A stretch of DNA of 64,000 nucleotides from an uncultured Pseudomonadales bacterium (GTDB taxonomy: Bacteria; Patescibacteriota; Microgenomatia; UBA1400; UBA12028), in contig CAZDWN010000001.1 of NCBI GenBank assembly GCA_964509365.1, positions 11,074-75,073 on the forward strand, read 5' to 3'. Within the stretch, counting starts at the first letter, position 1; each line of letters starts with the position of its first letter. Below the pieces are notes generated by a model. It was given only the letters and a program-made list of their open reading frames with translations. It was not told the DNA's origin and ran no database searches. Of the stretch, positions 49,418 to 58,461 are shown piece after piece. The position numbers were made by a program, and so were the translations under genes.

Positions 49418-49849
49418 TTGAATACCGTCGTCAGATGCAATAGGATCACCAAAAGGACCATCATGACTGAAGTCTCACAGCGAAATACCACAATTGAAGA
49501 ACTCTTCGTGCAAACCGTATTGATAAAAGAGATAAGTGACTATCTCAATATGGGAGAAAGTCAGGATCTGCCAGATGATATAAAGATCCGCATTAATAGT
49601 TGTATGGCAATCGATCTTGAACAACTGATTTCTAGGTTCACGAGACTTCTAGGCTCTCAAAAAGAACTCTCGTATGATTATCTGGAAAACAATATTGAAA
49701 ACAAATTAATCGTTGCTGCTCGCACTGACATAGCTGCCATTGACCATATTGTGTTACTCGTTGCAAAACATCTCATCGCCAAATACACAACGCCACGGCC
49801 AAATCTACCTATAAAAGATGCGCAGTTTGCTTCCATCAAAGGCTCATAA
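49418..49849 (+). CDS. hypothetical protein
   Basis: 143-aa ORF. Confidence 0.3.
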   Translation: MNTVVRCNRITKRTIMTEVSQRNTTIEELFVQTVLIKEISDYLNMGESQDLPDDIKIRINSCMAIDLEQLISRFTRLLGSQKELSYDYLENNIENKLIVAARTDIAAIDHIVLLVAKHLIAKYTTPRPNLPIKDAQFASIKGS

Positions 49850-50584
49850 ACCGGCCTCGTATACGCCTCAAAATCGGCTTCAAAAGAGGGTAGACGGCTA
49901 GTATATCCTTTGACTATTTAGGCGGATTGGAAGGGCAAATCCCTATTTTCATTTTCGTGTGAAATCTATGCAATCTATTCGGTGCGACAAAAAATGTATC
50001 AAAACGAAAAAGTGACTACAGACGGGGTTTGAGTGTAAGTTCATTCAAGCGACAGAGGAGACGATGAAACAGAAATGAAATCGCACGATGGACGATCACG
50101 AAAGACATCAGCATCACATCTATCCACTTCTCCAGCTTTCTTGATACATGTCGCAAAAGGTATATTGTGCGACATTACCGATTGAGAGATCCACGCCCTC
50201 AAAACGAGAGCCGTGTGCAGTGATCCTCTACGTCGCGCTGATCGTTTTCTTCTCTCCATTGTATGCGACAGTGTAGCTCTCTTCCATACGGTGAGCACGA
50301 TATTCCTGGCTCACCTAAGCTCGCGATTCATAGCGTATTCAGCTCACCAGAGGTCACATCTGGAAATGCACCCACTCCAGGCTAGTGCTCCATTTATCCG
50401 TGCTACCCTGTATTCACGTCTTCGGGTTTTCTTCCCAAGACCCGAACTTGCGATGTTCTTGAGTACATTCTTACTTATCCACATTTATCCTCTCGAGTGT
50501 ACGACTTATAATATTATTTCACATGTGTTACAGTTTGATATAGTTCATCCCCAATGACGTGAGACTCCCCATGTCGCTTTTTAT

Positions 50585-50650
50585 ACCACTTCCCCCCTGC
50601 TCTACCTTGCTACTTCCTACTTTCTGCTTGCTGCTTCTCGAGGAAGATCC
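50585..50650. repeat. Heptanucleotide repeat element (cttgctacttcctactttctgcttgctgcttct)
   Basis: Pyrimidine-rich arm of the GTAGNNN family. Near-identical core to the tgt insertion. Confidence 0.5.
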
Positions 50651-50705
50651 CGCATACGTAGCATTGCATGCCAGGTTGACGGGATGAACCTGCTTGCAGC
50701 CCGGT

Positions 50706-51473
50706 TCACTTCCAATTGATGAGGAATAGCAAAACCAGTGAGACGAATGCCGTCACCCAGATGTACTCTCGTAGTGTTTGCGCAAACAATCGATCGATGA
50801 TGTAGTTTTGCACGATGCCAAATCCGACGTAGACGAGCGCCGTCAAAAAGAGCGACACAGTCCAGAGGCCCACAGGCAAAAACGAAAGCGCAAAGCCTGT
50901 CTCAGCGAGAATAAACGTAAAAAAGGTGCTGATATACACGACTTTTTTGGTAATTTTCGCTTCAAGTCCAATTGACCAGGTAGCGCAAAAGACTGGTACG
51001 AATAGAGCCAGATAAATGGCTACAAAATTCAATACCGGATGAAGACGAAGTGAGAAAATAAAGTTAAACAGAAACAGTGAGAGCACAAACAGAAATACCG
51101 AGGACACTGCATGTGCCGCTCGCAAAAGTTGGATTGTTTTGATTTTGCCGAACGCAAAAATGTTTGACGAGAGATACAGCGCATACATGCCGATTCCGAA
51201 GAGCGTGATGATCGCGATGCGAGAAAAAATATTTCCTGGAAGCAAAAAATAAAACAGCGAAACCGCGAGCGCATAAAACGCTGGGAATGGCACGATGGTG
51301 AGCCATTCGACTCCATTGATCGACGGTGCGAGTGCCCACGCACTCATACTATATGTCGCCAAGAAAAACAGTCCGATGGCAAATGGACGAATATCCACAG
51401 ACACGAGTTGCGTTCCTAAGAGTCCGAGTGAAAGTAAAATTGACGAGATAATAAAACGAACGCGTTTTCTCAT
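50706..51473 (-). CDS. polytopic integral membrane protein, unknown function
   Basis: About 8 predicted TM helices. ATGA overlap with the yebC-like gene. Confidence 0.5.
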   Translation of the reverse strand: MRKRVRFIISSILLSLGLLGTQLVSVDIRPFAIGLFFLATYSMSAWALAPSINGVEWLTIVPFPAFYALAVSLFYFLLPGNIFSRIAIITLFGIGMYALYLSSNIFAFGKIKTIQLLRAAHAVSSVFLFVLSLFLFNFIFSLRLHPVLNFVAIYLALFVPVFCATWSIGLEAKITKKVVYISTFFTFILAETGFALSFLPVGLWTVSLFLTALVYVGFGIVQNYIIDRLFAQTLREYIWVTAFVSLVLLFLINWK

Positions 51474-52030
51474 ACGGTAGCATTATGCCACACGCCGTCG
51501 ACATCGTCTTGTGCTTCGATCGCTTGGATCAGATTTTCGATTTGCTCAAATTGCGTTTGCTCGACTTGGAGGGGGATCGAGACTGTATATTCTCCATCGG
51601 TGAGAGTGAAGAGATAGCTCGCGGCTCCTGGCCCTGCGAGACTTCCATTATGTTGTGAAAAAATACTGCGGATTTCTCCAGCCGTCCGCTGCTTATTGTC
51701 AGTACGGACTTGGATCAAGATCCCGACTCCATTCGGGCCATATCCTTCGTAGATGATCTCCTCCAAGCTTGCCCCGCTATCGCTCTTCCCTGCTCCTCTT
51801 TTGATCGCGCGCGCTACGTTCTCATTGGGCATGTTTACAGCCCGAGCCTTATCCATAGCGAGGCGCAGTGAGGGGTTTTCATCAGGATTCGTGATGCCAC
51901 TTTTCTTTACTGCTGAGATGATGAGTCGCGCGACGGCGGTGAACTCTTTGCTGCGTTTTTGATCTTGGACGCCTTTGCGTTTGGCGATGTTACTAGAGTG
52001 TGAGTGTCCGGACATGTTTCTAAGTAGCAA
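51470..52030 (-). CDS. yebC: YebC/PmpR-family transcriptional regulator (short, 186 aa)
   Basis: N-terminus MSGHSHSSNIAKRKG...KEFTAVARLI matches YebC (MAGHSKWANIKHRK). Shorter than the usual ~240 aa. Confidence 0.65.
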   Translation of the reverse strand: MLLRNMSGHSHSSNIAKRKGVQDQKRSKEFTAVARLIISAVKKSGITNPDENPSLRLAMDKARAVNMPNENVARAIKRGAGKSDSGASLEEIIYEGYGPNGVGILIQVRTDNKQRTAGEIRSIFSQHNGSLAGPGAASYLFTLTDGEYTVSIPLQVEQTQFEQIENLIQAIEAQDDVDGVWHNATV

Positions 52031-52110
52031 GTAGAAAGTAGAGAGCAGTAGGGGAAGACAAACTTTCCTTACTCCTTACTACATACTACTTACTACTTCC
52101 TCCTAGAATT
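52020..52110. repeat. Heptanucleotide inverted-arm repeat element
   Basis: aagtagc aagtaga aagtaga gagcagt ... tactcct tactaca tactact tactact. Confidence 0.6.
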
Positions 52111-52165
52111 ATCGAGATAAAGTAACCATTCAGCCCTATTTTAACACAATGCCCTACTCCCCACC

Positions 52166-52957
52166 TTGACAACCCCTGTACAATTCTCGTACGCTTCAAT
52201 TCATGAAAATGTTTCGAAAGATATTCGTATGACCAATGTGCAACTTTTTACAAACCAATCAATTCAGGCCGCTGCGACTGGCGACTGGACGACTGCCAAG
52301 TCGACCAATGAGCAGATTCTAGAGATCGAACCAAACAATATTGGAGCCCTCAATCGACTTGGGTATGCGCTCATCCAGCTCTCAAATCCGCGACTGGCAA
52401 AGCAGACCTATGAAAAAGTGCTGACGTTTGAGCGCTTCAATCCGATCGCACTCAAATACCTCCAACTTCTTAAAAGTAAGATCACTCCTCAGTCAGTTTC
52501 TGCGAGTGATGCTGGCGATTTTATCGAAGAGCCTGGAAAAACTCGTTCCACAGGACTTCAGAAATTGGCTGACCCAGCCGTGCTTCAAAGCATCTCGACA
52601 GCGACGAAATGCGCACTCGTGGTAAAAAATCATCGGGTCAATGTGATCACCGCCGGTAACAATACCTATCTTGGTTGTCTTTCCGATGATCTCGCATTTA
52701 GACTTCAGAAGATGATCGCTGCTGGCAATGAGTATTCTGTTTTCGTCCAATCGACGACCAAGAAATCCTGCCAAGTGTTCCTCAAAGAAATTGTTCACAA
52801 TCCCGCCAGCCCGTTTGCCACTTCATTCCCACTCAACACGCAAGCACGTGGAGCTCACCAAGAAGATGTGATGATCGATGAAGCTCCGCTTGATGTTCGC
52901 GAGACAGGTGACGAGGTTGAGACCTCCGATGCTGAAGAGCCAGATCCAATGGAATAA
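52166..52957 (+). CDS. TPR-repeat protein
   Basis: TPR-like N-terminus (EQILEIEPNNIGALNRLGYALIQLSNPRLAKQTYEKVL). Acidic C-terminus. Confidence 0.4.
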   Translation: MTTPVQFSYASIHENVSKDIRMTNVQLFTNQSIQAAATGDWTTAKSTNEQILEIEPNNIGALNRLGYALIQLSNPRLAKQTYEKVLTFERFNPIALKYLQLLKSKITPQSVSASDAGDFIEEPGKTRSTGLQKLADPAVLQSISTATKCALVVKNHRVNVITAGNNTYLGCLSDDLAFRLQKMIAAGNEYSVFVQSTTKKSCQVFLKEIVHNPASPFATSFPLNTQARGAHQEDVMIDEAPLDVRETGDEVETSDAEEPDPME

Positions 52958-52960
52958 TTC

Positions 52961-53950
52961 TTACGGTGTAAAGAATTTGACTTCACTGGCTCCGATGATG
53001 ACGACGACATCACTACGATATTGATCAGTAAGCGAGTCATCGATGCGCGATGGCAAACGTAGCGTCGACTGCAACAATTCCACCAATGCTTTTTGATTCC
53101 CAGCGTGACTATTGAGCACGATCTCTCCACTTGCTTGTGGAGTCCGCGTCTCCGTGATCGAGAGGATGCTCAGTCCAAAATCGGAGATGATGTTTGAAGC
53201 GCTCGTCGCGAGCCCAGACGCAGTGGTTCCATTGAGTACTGCCACCGTATATTTTTTCCATTCCGAAAATCCTTCAGAGAAATGTGACTGGCTCCATTCG
53301 CGATATTTTATGCGATCCAGTGGTTTGATACTTTCGACGCTGCCACTACCGAGTGCAGATTGAGGGAACTTCAGTTCGCGCACAGACGTCGAAAAAGAAG
53401 TAAAAAAGAGCAACGCATGGACACATTCGCCAAATTGTAACGACGACTGATGCCTTGTGCAGGAACTCAAGATAAACTTCGCCAAATCGATGCGAGATGG
53501 ATGCAGCGGCGTGTCACTTTGACTGTATGCTCGGATTGGGAACCGCAAATAAAATGAGAGATCAGTCAGAAAATCGTTGTCAGATTGCCGAGTCGTCTGA
53601 TGCGCCGCATAAATACTTTCGATGGGATACGTCCCAAGTGTCTGACTATGAAACTCGAGAGCGTCAGGGACGGCAGTGACTTGGATGGTATTTTTAGCTT
53701 CATTGATCCACAGAATATTGACGTGCGTTTGCGGCTTATCCGTTGATTCCTTTTGAAAGAAGATGAGCGCATACGGGGTACTTGCTCGCGTGAGCAACAA
53801 ACTCGTGAGCGAAAAAAAGATGAGGAGAAGTCCGATGCATGCGACAAGTCCGCCAGCGAGTCGTTTCCAGATGAGTGGCACCGTGAAAGTAGTCTCACGT
53901 CGCCTGAGTGCTGGAGCCTTGCTTGCTGTCTGGTGAAAATCTATCTGCAT
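52961..53950 (-). CDS. LytR_C-domain (LCP-family-like) membrane-anchored protein
   Basis: N-terminal TM. C-terminal VAVLNGTTASGLATSASNII...GNQKALVELL resembles the LytR_C domain. Confidence 0.5.
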   Translation of the reverse strand: MQIDFHQTASKAPALRRRETTFTVPLIWKRLAGGLVACIGLLLIFFSLTSLLLTRASTPYALIFFQKESTDKPQTHVNILWINEAKNTIQVTAVPDALEFHSQTLGTYPIESIYAAHQTTRQSDNDFLTDLSFYLRFPIRAYSQSDTPLHPSRIDLAKFILSSCTRHQSSLQFGECVHALLFFTSFSTSVRELKFPQSALGSGSVESIKPLDRIKYREWSQSHFSEGFSEWKKYTVAVLNGTTASGLATSASNIISDFGLSILSITETRTPQASGEIVLNSHAGNQKALVELLQSTLRLPSRIDDSLTDQYRSDVVVIIGASEVKFFTP

Positions 53951-53970
53951 GATGTTAGTTTATAGTTAGT

Positions 53971-55209
53971 CTAGTCACTAACCACTAGGGACTTTCTCAT
54001 CTGCTCGCACAATCTGATCATAAATCTCACGTTGTGGATACTAGCGAGTCGGTAGTACGAGAGTTCTTTGGTCTTGGCAAGATGGTGGAGATACCCACGA
54101 CTGTATCCATGTGTGCAGGTGTAGCAGTCACAACCCTCCTGGATCACTGACGTATCTGTCTCGAATCGCTTATTCCCAATCAGTAATCTGTTTTTGGAAA
54201 ATTCTGAATTCAGCTTCCACTCTCCACTCTCCACTCGCAACTCGCAACTATACAAGGCTCCATTCCGTGCCAGACGCGTGGGCGCGACGCAGTCAAACAT
54301 GTCAAATCCATACGAGATCGCATCGATAATATCTTGTGGATTACTCCCAAGTCCCATCGCATACCGAGGTTTGTCTTGTGGAAGGAGACTTTCGATCCAA
54401 CTCATCACTTCCCCGGTACCTTGCATGTTGTATCCGATGGTCTCGCCACCGATAGCGACGCCGTCAAATCCCATGCCGCTGATCACTCTGGCAGACTCTT
54501 CACGCATCGACCGATGGAGTGCACCTTGCACGATCCCAAATAGCGCTTGGTAGTTTCCCTGGCTCGACGACTTCCCTGCTCGCTCCCATTCTTCTTTGCT
54601 TTGCCGGCTCCATCGATGGGTGCGATCGAGCGCTTGACGGGCATACGTTTCGTCAGCTCCGTCTGGAGTACATTCATCAAATGCCATGATGATATCTGCG
54701 CCGATGTCTCGTTGGATTTGGATGGATTTTTCAGGAGTAAAAAAATGTTTTGTCCCATCAAGATGTGAAGTGAACTCCACGCCTTCGTCAGTGATCTTCG
54801 CCGGAGCCATCGATTGAATTGTATTCTTGCTACTTGCTGCTTGCTGCTTACTACTCAGTTGCTTCCCAAGCGAAAAAACTTGGAATCCTCCACTGTCCGT
54901 GAGCACCGGCCGATCCCATTTCATCATTGTTTGCACTCCTCCGAGCTCATTGACGATCTTCTCCCCAGGTCGAAGATACAGATGATACGTGTTTGCAAGC
55001 ATGATCGGAGCGCCAGTGGCTTTCACGTCATCCGCATCGAGCGCTTTGACACTTGCCTGCGTCCCGACCGGCATGAAGATCGGAGTCGGCACATCACCGT
55101 GCGGAGTATGCATGACCCCAGCGCGGGCTTTACCCTGAGCCTGCCGAAGGGCCTTATTTTTTGTAGCTACCAGTTCAAAAGAAAAAGCATTCATTCCTGT
55201 ATTGTACAA
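53971..55209 (-). CDS. tgt: Queuine tRNA-ribosyltransferase (tRNA-guanine transglycosylase) with in-frame low-complexity insertion
   Basis: TIM-barrel Tgt motifs (VMHTPHGDVPTPIFMPVGT, LANTYHLYLRPG, DCVAPTR). C-terminal zinc site CDCYTCTH. 412 aa against the usual ~375. Inserted SSKQQAASSKN is encoded by heptad repeats. Confidence 0.85.
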   Translation of the reverse strand: MYNTGMNAFSFELVATKNKALRQAQGKARAGVMHTPHGDVPTPIFMPVGTQASVKALDADDVKATGAPIMLANTYHLYLRPGEKIVNELGGVQTMMKWDRPVLTDSGGFQVFSLGKQLSSKQQAASSKNTIQSMAPAKITDEGVEFTSHLDGTKHFFTPEKSIQIQRDIGADIIMAFDECTPDGADETYARQALDRTHRWSRQSKEEWERAGKSSSQGNYQALFGIVQGALHRSMREESARVISGMGFDGVAIGGETIGYNMQGTGEVMSWIESLLPQDKPRYAMGLGSNPQDIIDAISYGFDMFDCVAPTRLARNGALYSCELRVESGEWKLNSEFSKNRLLIGNKRFETDTSVIQEGCDCYTCTHGYSRGYLHHLAKTKELSYYRLASIHNVRFMIRLCEQMRKSLVVSD

Positions 55210-55517
55210 TCAAATTACTATGAAAAAGAAAATGCTCATTGGCGTGTCTATTTTTGCGCTTCTGTTCGTTGTTGGAGTTACAGTCTGGCGAGGTGCAGTC
55301 GTCGTCGATTGTTTCCCCTATTTGGGATCGATTCAAGAGCAACGGGACCGTGAAGACCAACGGTTTCAACGATTCAGTGCAGGAGAGAAAGTAAGAGCAA
55401 AGATATTTGGGACGCGTTGCGGTTCCTACTGAAGAGCTTCGACGGATACATTACTCTTCAATATTTCTGATACCTATTTTGTCTCTTCCCTGGTGTTGTG
55501 GTTCTCACAGTTAAACT

Positions 55518-55526
55518 TGGTATAAT
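55518..55526 (+). promoter_or_regulatory. Extended -10 promoter candidate (TGgTATAAT) upstream of queA leader
   Basis: tggtataat about 215 nt upstream of the queA ATG. Confidence 0.3.
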
Positions 55527-55739
55527 GTCCTTATGGAAATTGAAGCTCAGATCAAGCAACTACGTGAGGAAGTTTAACGTATGCAAGACGAAGATCGCCT
55601 GACAGAATTGCTGAAAACTCATCACCGTGACTGATAAACATCAATGCGACGATGTACACTTGCACGGATACTTGATTGACCCCCATGGGAAAGTAGCCGG
55701 TTATAAGAAGCACTCATACAAAAAAAAGTAAGATCTTTT

Positions 55740-56849
55740 ATGACACTTTCTGATTTTGATTACACTCTTCCCCCAGAAAAGATCGCACAGAAGCCTGTGG
55801 ATCCGCGTGACACTAGTAAACTCCTGATCGTCGACCGAAAGGATAAAAGCTTCACTGACAAACACTTTTATGATTTGGCAGACTTGCTCACTCCAGATGA
55901 CGTGCTGGTTTTAAATAACACGAAGGTTTTTCCGGCTCGTCTTCTGGTGCACAAAACGGGTACGGCAGAGACGGGTCAGAGACCGGTCTCTACCAGAAAA
56001 CCGATCGAACTCCTGTTAGAGAAAGAGGTTGCGGTGACTGCAGATACGATCTCATGGGATGCGTTGACCAAACCAGGATTGAAAGTCGGAGATACATTTG
56101 AGATACCGGGAAGCCATGTGACGGGAGTGTGTGAAGAAGTGCACGACTACACGCGCAAAGTGACGTTTCACATCAACCGAGAGCATTTCTTCTCGCAACT
56201 CGATCGCTGGGCGAAGACGCCAATCCCTCCGTATATTCGATGGAATACAGATGACGAGTCACACTTACGTGAGGTGTATCAGACGGTGTACGCAAAATAC
56301 AATGGTGCGATCGCCGCCCCGACCGCCGGACTACATTTCACATCTGAGCTACTCGCCAAATTACGATCCAGAGGAATACAGATCGAAGAAGTGACGCTCC
56401 ATGTCGGACTCGGGACATTCCTACCTGTGAAGACCGATGACATTACTGCGCATGCGATGCATAGTGAGTGGTTTGAGTTATCGCCAGAGACCGCTCACAA
56501 TTTGAATGAAGCCAAAGCCGCAGGCAAACGCATTATCGCGGTTGGCACAACTGTCGTCCGTGTGCTCGAATCATGTTCTTTCCTCATAGCTACAAGCTAT
56601 CAGCTCCAAGCTAGACGTGCTACCACGTCGATTTTTATTTACCCTCCGTACCAGTTCAAATTTGTCGATAGCATCATCACGAATTTTCACACACCCAAGT
56701 CGACGCTCTTGATGCTAGTCTCCGCATTCGTGACACAAGAAATTCCGTTCACGACTTTTGCAGACTGTTTGATCGGCAAGGCATATCAGCATGCGCTGGA
56801 CTCAGACTATCGCTTCTATAGTTTTGGTGACTCCATGTGGATTCAGTAG
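55740..56849 (+). CDS. queA: S-adenosylmethionine:tRNA ribosyltransferase-isomerase
   Basis: MTLSDFDYTLPPEKIAQKPVDPRDTSKLLIV N-terminus and overall QueA length. Confidence 0.9.
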   Translation: MTLSDFDYTLPPEKIAQKPVDPRDTSKLLIVDRKDKSFTDKHFYDLADLLTPDDVLVLNNTKVFPARLLVHKTGTAETGQRPVSTRKPIELLLEKEVAVTADTISWDALTKPGLKVGDTFEIPGSHVTGVCEEVHDYTRKVTFHINREHFFSQLDRWAKTPIPPYIRWNTDDESHLREVYQTVYAKYNGAIAAPTAGLHFTSELLAKLRSRGIQIEEVTLHVGLGTFLPVKTDDITAHAMHSEWFELSPETAHNLNEAKAAGKRIIAVGTTVVRVLESCSFLIATSYQLQARRATTSIFIYPPYQFKFVDSIITNFHTPKSTLLMLVSAFVTQEIPFTTFADCLIGKAYQHALDSDYRFYSFGDSMWIQ

Positions 56850-57421
56850 GTGAGGAATTTTTCCATCGCCGTGATCTCGTTTTTGTGGATTTCGTGACCA
56901 CCGGTATGAGAGACGCTCTGGACCGTAGCTCCAAGTGATTGCAGTTTTGCCACTGCATGCAACGATTCATCTTTGGAAATGATTTGATCATTCTCGCCGT
57001 AGCTAATCAAAAACGCTTTGCCATCTAGCGAGAGTGCCTGAGGCTCAAACGGCAGCTTGCCATGTAAGATGACAGCTTGTTTCACAAAATCAGGATGCAG
57101 CAGTGCCAGGGCCAAGATCATATTCGCTCCATTTGAATATCCTACAAACGCATCTGCGGGATGATCGGCAAGAAACTTTTTGAGTTTCTCCACTTCCTCT
57201 TTGATGTTTTCGATATCAAAACTTCCGTCCCCATTGCGCAAGAAAAATCGAGTCATCCCTTGTTGTGTGACATTACCCCGGATTCCCAAAAAGTTGTATT
57301 CCTTGGCCAAATTTTTGACGATTGGCAACAAATCATTCTCATCCCCACCAGTACCATGCAGCAGCCCAAGAATCTTAGTTGCGCCGTTATCAATAAAATC
57401 GCTGTGAAATTCACTTGACAT
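56843..57421 (-). CDS. Alpha/beta hydrolase, phospholipase/carboxylesterase family
   Basis: GxSxG nucleophile elbow VGYSNGANMI. Catalytic His near the C-terminus (HTGGHEI). Confidence 0.65.
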   Translation of the reverse strand: MSSEFHSDFIDNGATKILGLLHGTGGDENDLLPIVKNLAKEYNFLGIRGNVTQQGMTRFFLRNGDGSFDIENIKEEVEKLKKFLADHPADAFVGYSNGANMILALALLHPDFVKQAVILHGKLPFEPQALSLDGKAFLISYGENDQIISKDESLHAVAKLQSLGATVQSVSHTGGHEIHKNEITAMEKFLTY

Positions 57422-57430
57422 ACGTATGTG

Positions 57431-57452
57431 TCATTCCGGTTTATCCGGAATC
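57431..57452 (+). repeat. Hairpin repeat family copy (tcattccgg-tttat-ccggaatc)
   Basis: Compensatory variant of the family. A degenerate minus-orientation copy lies at 57474-57494. Confidence 0.5.
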
Positions 57453-57502
57453 CTTTCGAACTACAAGAAAGATCTTGGACAATCCAGGATGACGTTCTGT
57501 TT

Positions 57503-58438
57503 CTATTGAATCTTCATCAATCCACTTTCTATTTCTTTTCTCTGCTCTTCCAAAAATGGAGGCAATGACAGATGTGTCCCAAGTTCTGATTCCTTTTCAT
57601 CAGCCGTGAATCCAGGCCCCATTGTCGCCAGCTCAAACAATATCCCACCAGGGATGCGAAAGTAGATCGATTTAAAATAATACCGATCGATGACATCAGT
57701 CGGATACAGCCCAAGCTCGATGAGCGCATTGCGAAGTTTCGCTCCTTGCTCCACCGAGTCTACTGCAAACGCAATATGATGGACGGTGCCAGCTGCTCCG
57801 AGCCCCTCTTCTTGAGACTCTGTCTCCACTTCAAGATACGACGCCCGTGCTTCTCCCGGAAGTGCATAGAGAGTGAGTGCTCCTTCCTCTTCTATCCGCT
57901 CATACCCAAACACATGATCCAAGATTGGGACGACATACGCGAGCCTTTTGACGCAGAGCCTCGCGCTGTAGAACGCACGGATGGCGTACGGTTCGGGGAC
58001 AGTCTCTGTCCAGATCTCTCCAGCCATGAGTGAGAGTTCCTCGCCGCAGCCAACGAGTTCCAAACGTTGATTGTCGTTATCGAAAAAGACCAATCGTCGT
58101 TTGTCAAATCGGGTCACAATCGATTCATGTTTGATCGATTTCGATTCCAATCGATCCACCCACCATTCAAGAGACGCGTCAGAGACTGCGAGTGAAATGA
58201 GGGTGACTTGCCCTACACCGCGTTTGCCTGGAGTCGTTGGAGAAAATGTAAAAAACGTCAAATCCATGCCTGGCTCACCCGTCGTATCACCAAAGAACAA
58301 ATGATAGGTACTCGTGTCATCTTGATTGACCGTTTTCTTGACGAGACGCAAACCCAAGACGTTGGTATAAAAATCAACTATTTTTTGAGGATCACTGGCG
58401 ATAGCAGTGATGTGATGGATGCCGTGGACGGTACTCAT
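57503..58438 (-). CDS. VOC-family (glyoxalase/ring-cleaving dioxygenase-like) two-domain protein
   Basis: Two VOC modules (HHITAIASDPQKIVDFYTNVLGL and VHHIAFAVDSVEQ). Confidence 0.6.
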   Translation of the reverse strand: MSTVHGIHHITAIASDPQKIVDFYTNVLGLRLVKKTVNQDDTSTYHLFFGDTTGEPGMDLTFFTFSPTTPGKRGVGQVTLISLAVSDASLEWWVDRLESKSIKHESIVTRFDKRRLVFFDNDNQRLELVGCGEELSLMAGEIWTETVPEPYAIRAFYSARLCVKRLAYVVPILDHVFGYERIEEEGALTLYALPGEARASYLEVETESQEEGLGAAGTVHHIAFAVDSVEQGAKLRNALIELGLYPTDVIDRYYFKSIYFRIPGGILFELATMGPGFTADEKESELGTHLSLPPFLEEQRKEIESGLMKIQ

Positions 58439-58461
58439 AGATTGCTATGAGTATACAACGA

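Noticed and set aside
49850-50705. RNase P RNA or tmRNA in the non-coding stretch
   Set aside because: I could not find the P4 GGAAAGUCCGGGCUCC/ACAGAAxCCGGCUUA motifs, a tRNA-like 3' end, or a tag-peptide reading frame on either strand. It is left as an unexplained region.
55440-55739. preQ1 riboswitch upstream of queA
   Set aside because: No recognisable preQ1-I/II aptamer consensus was found. Only an A-rich tract is present.
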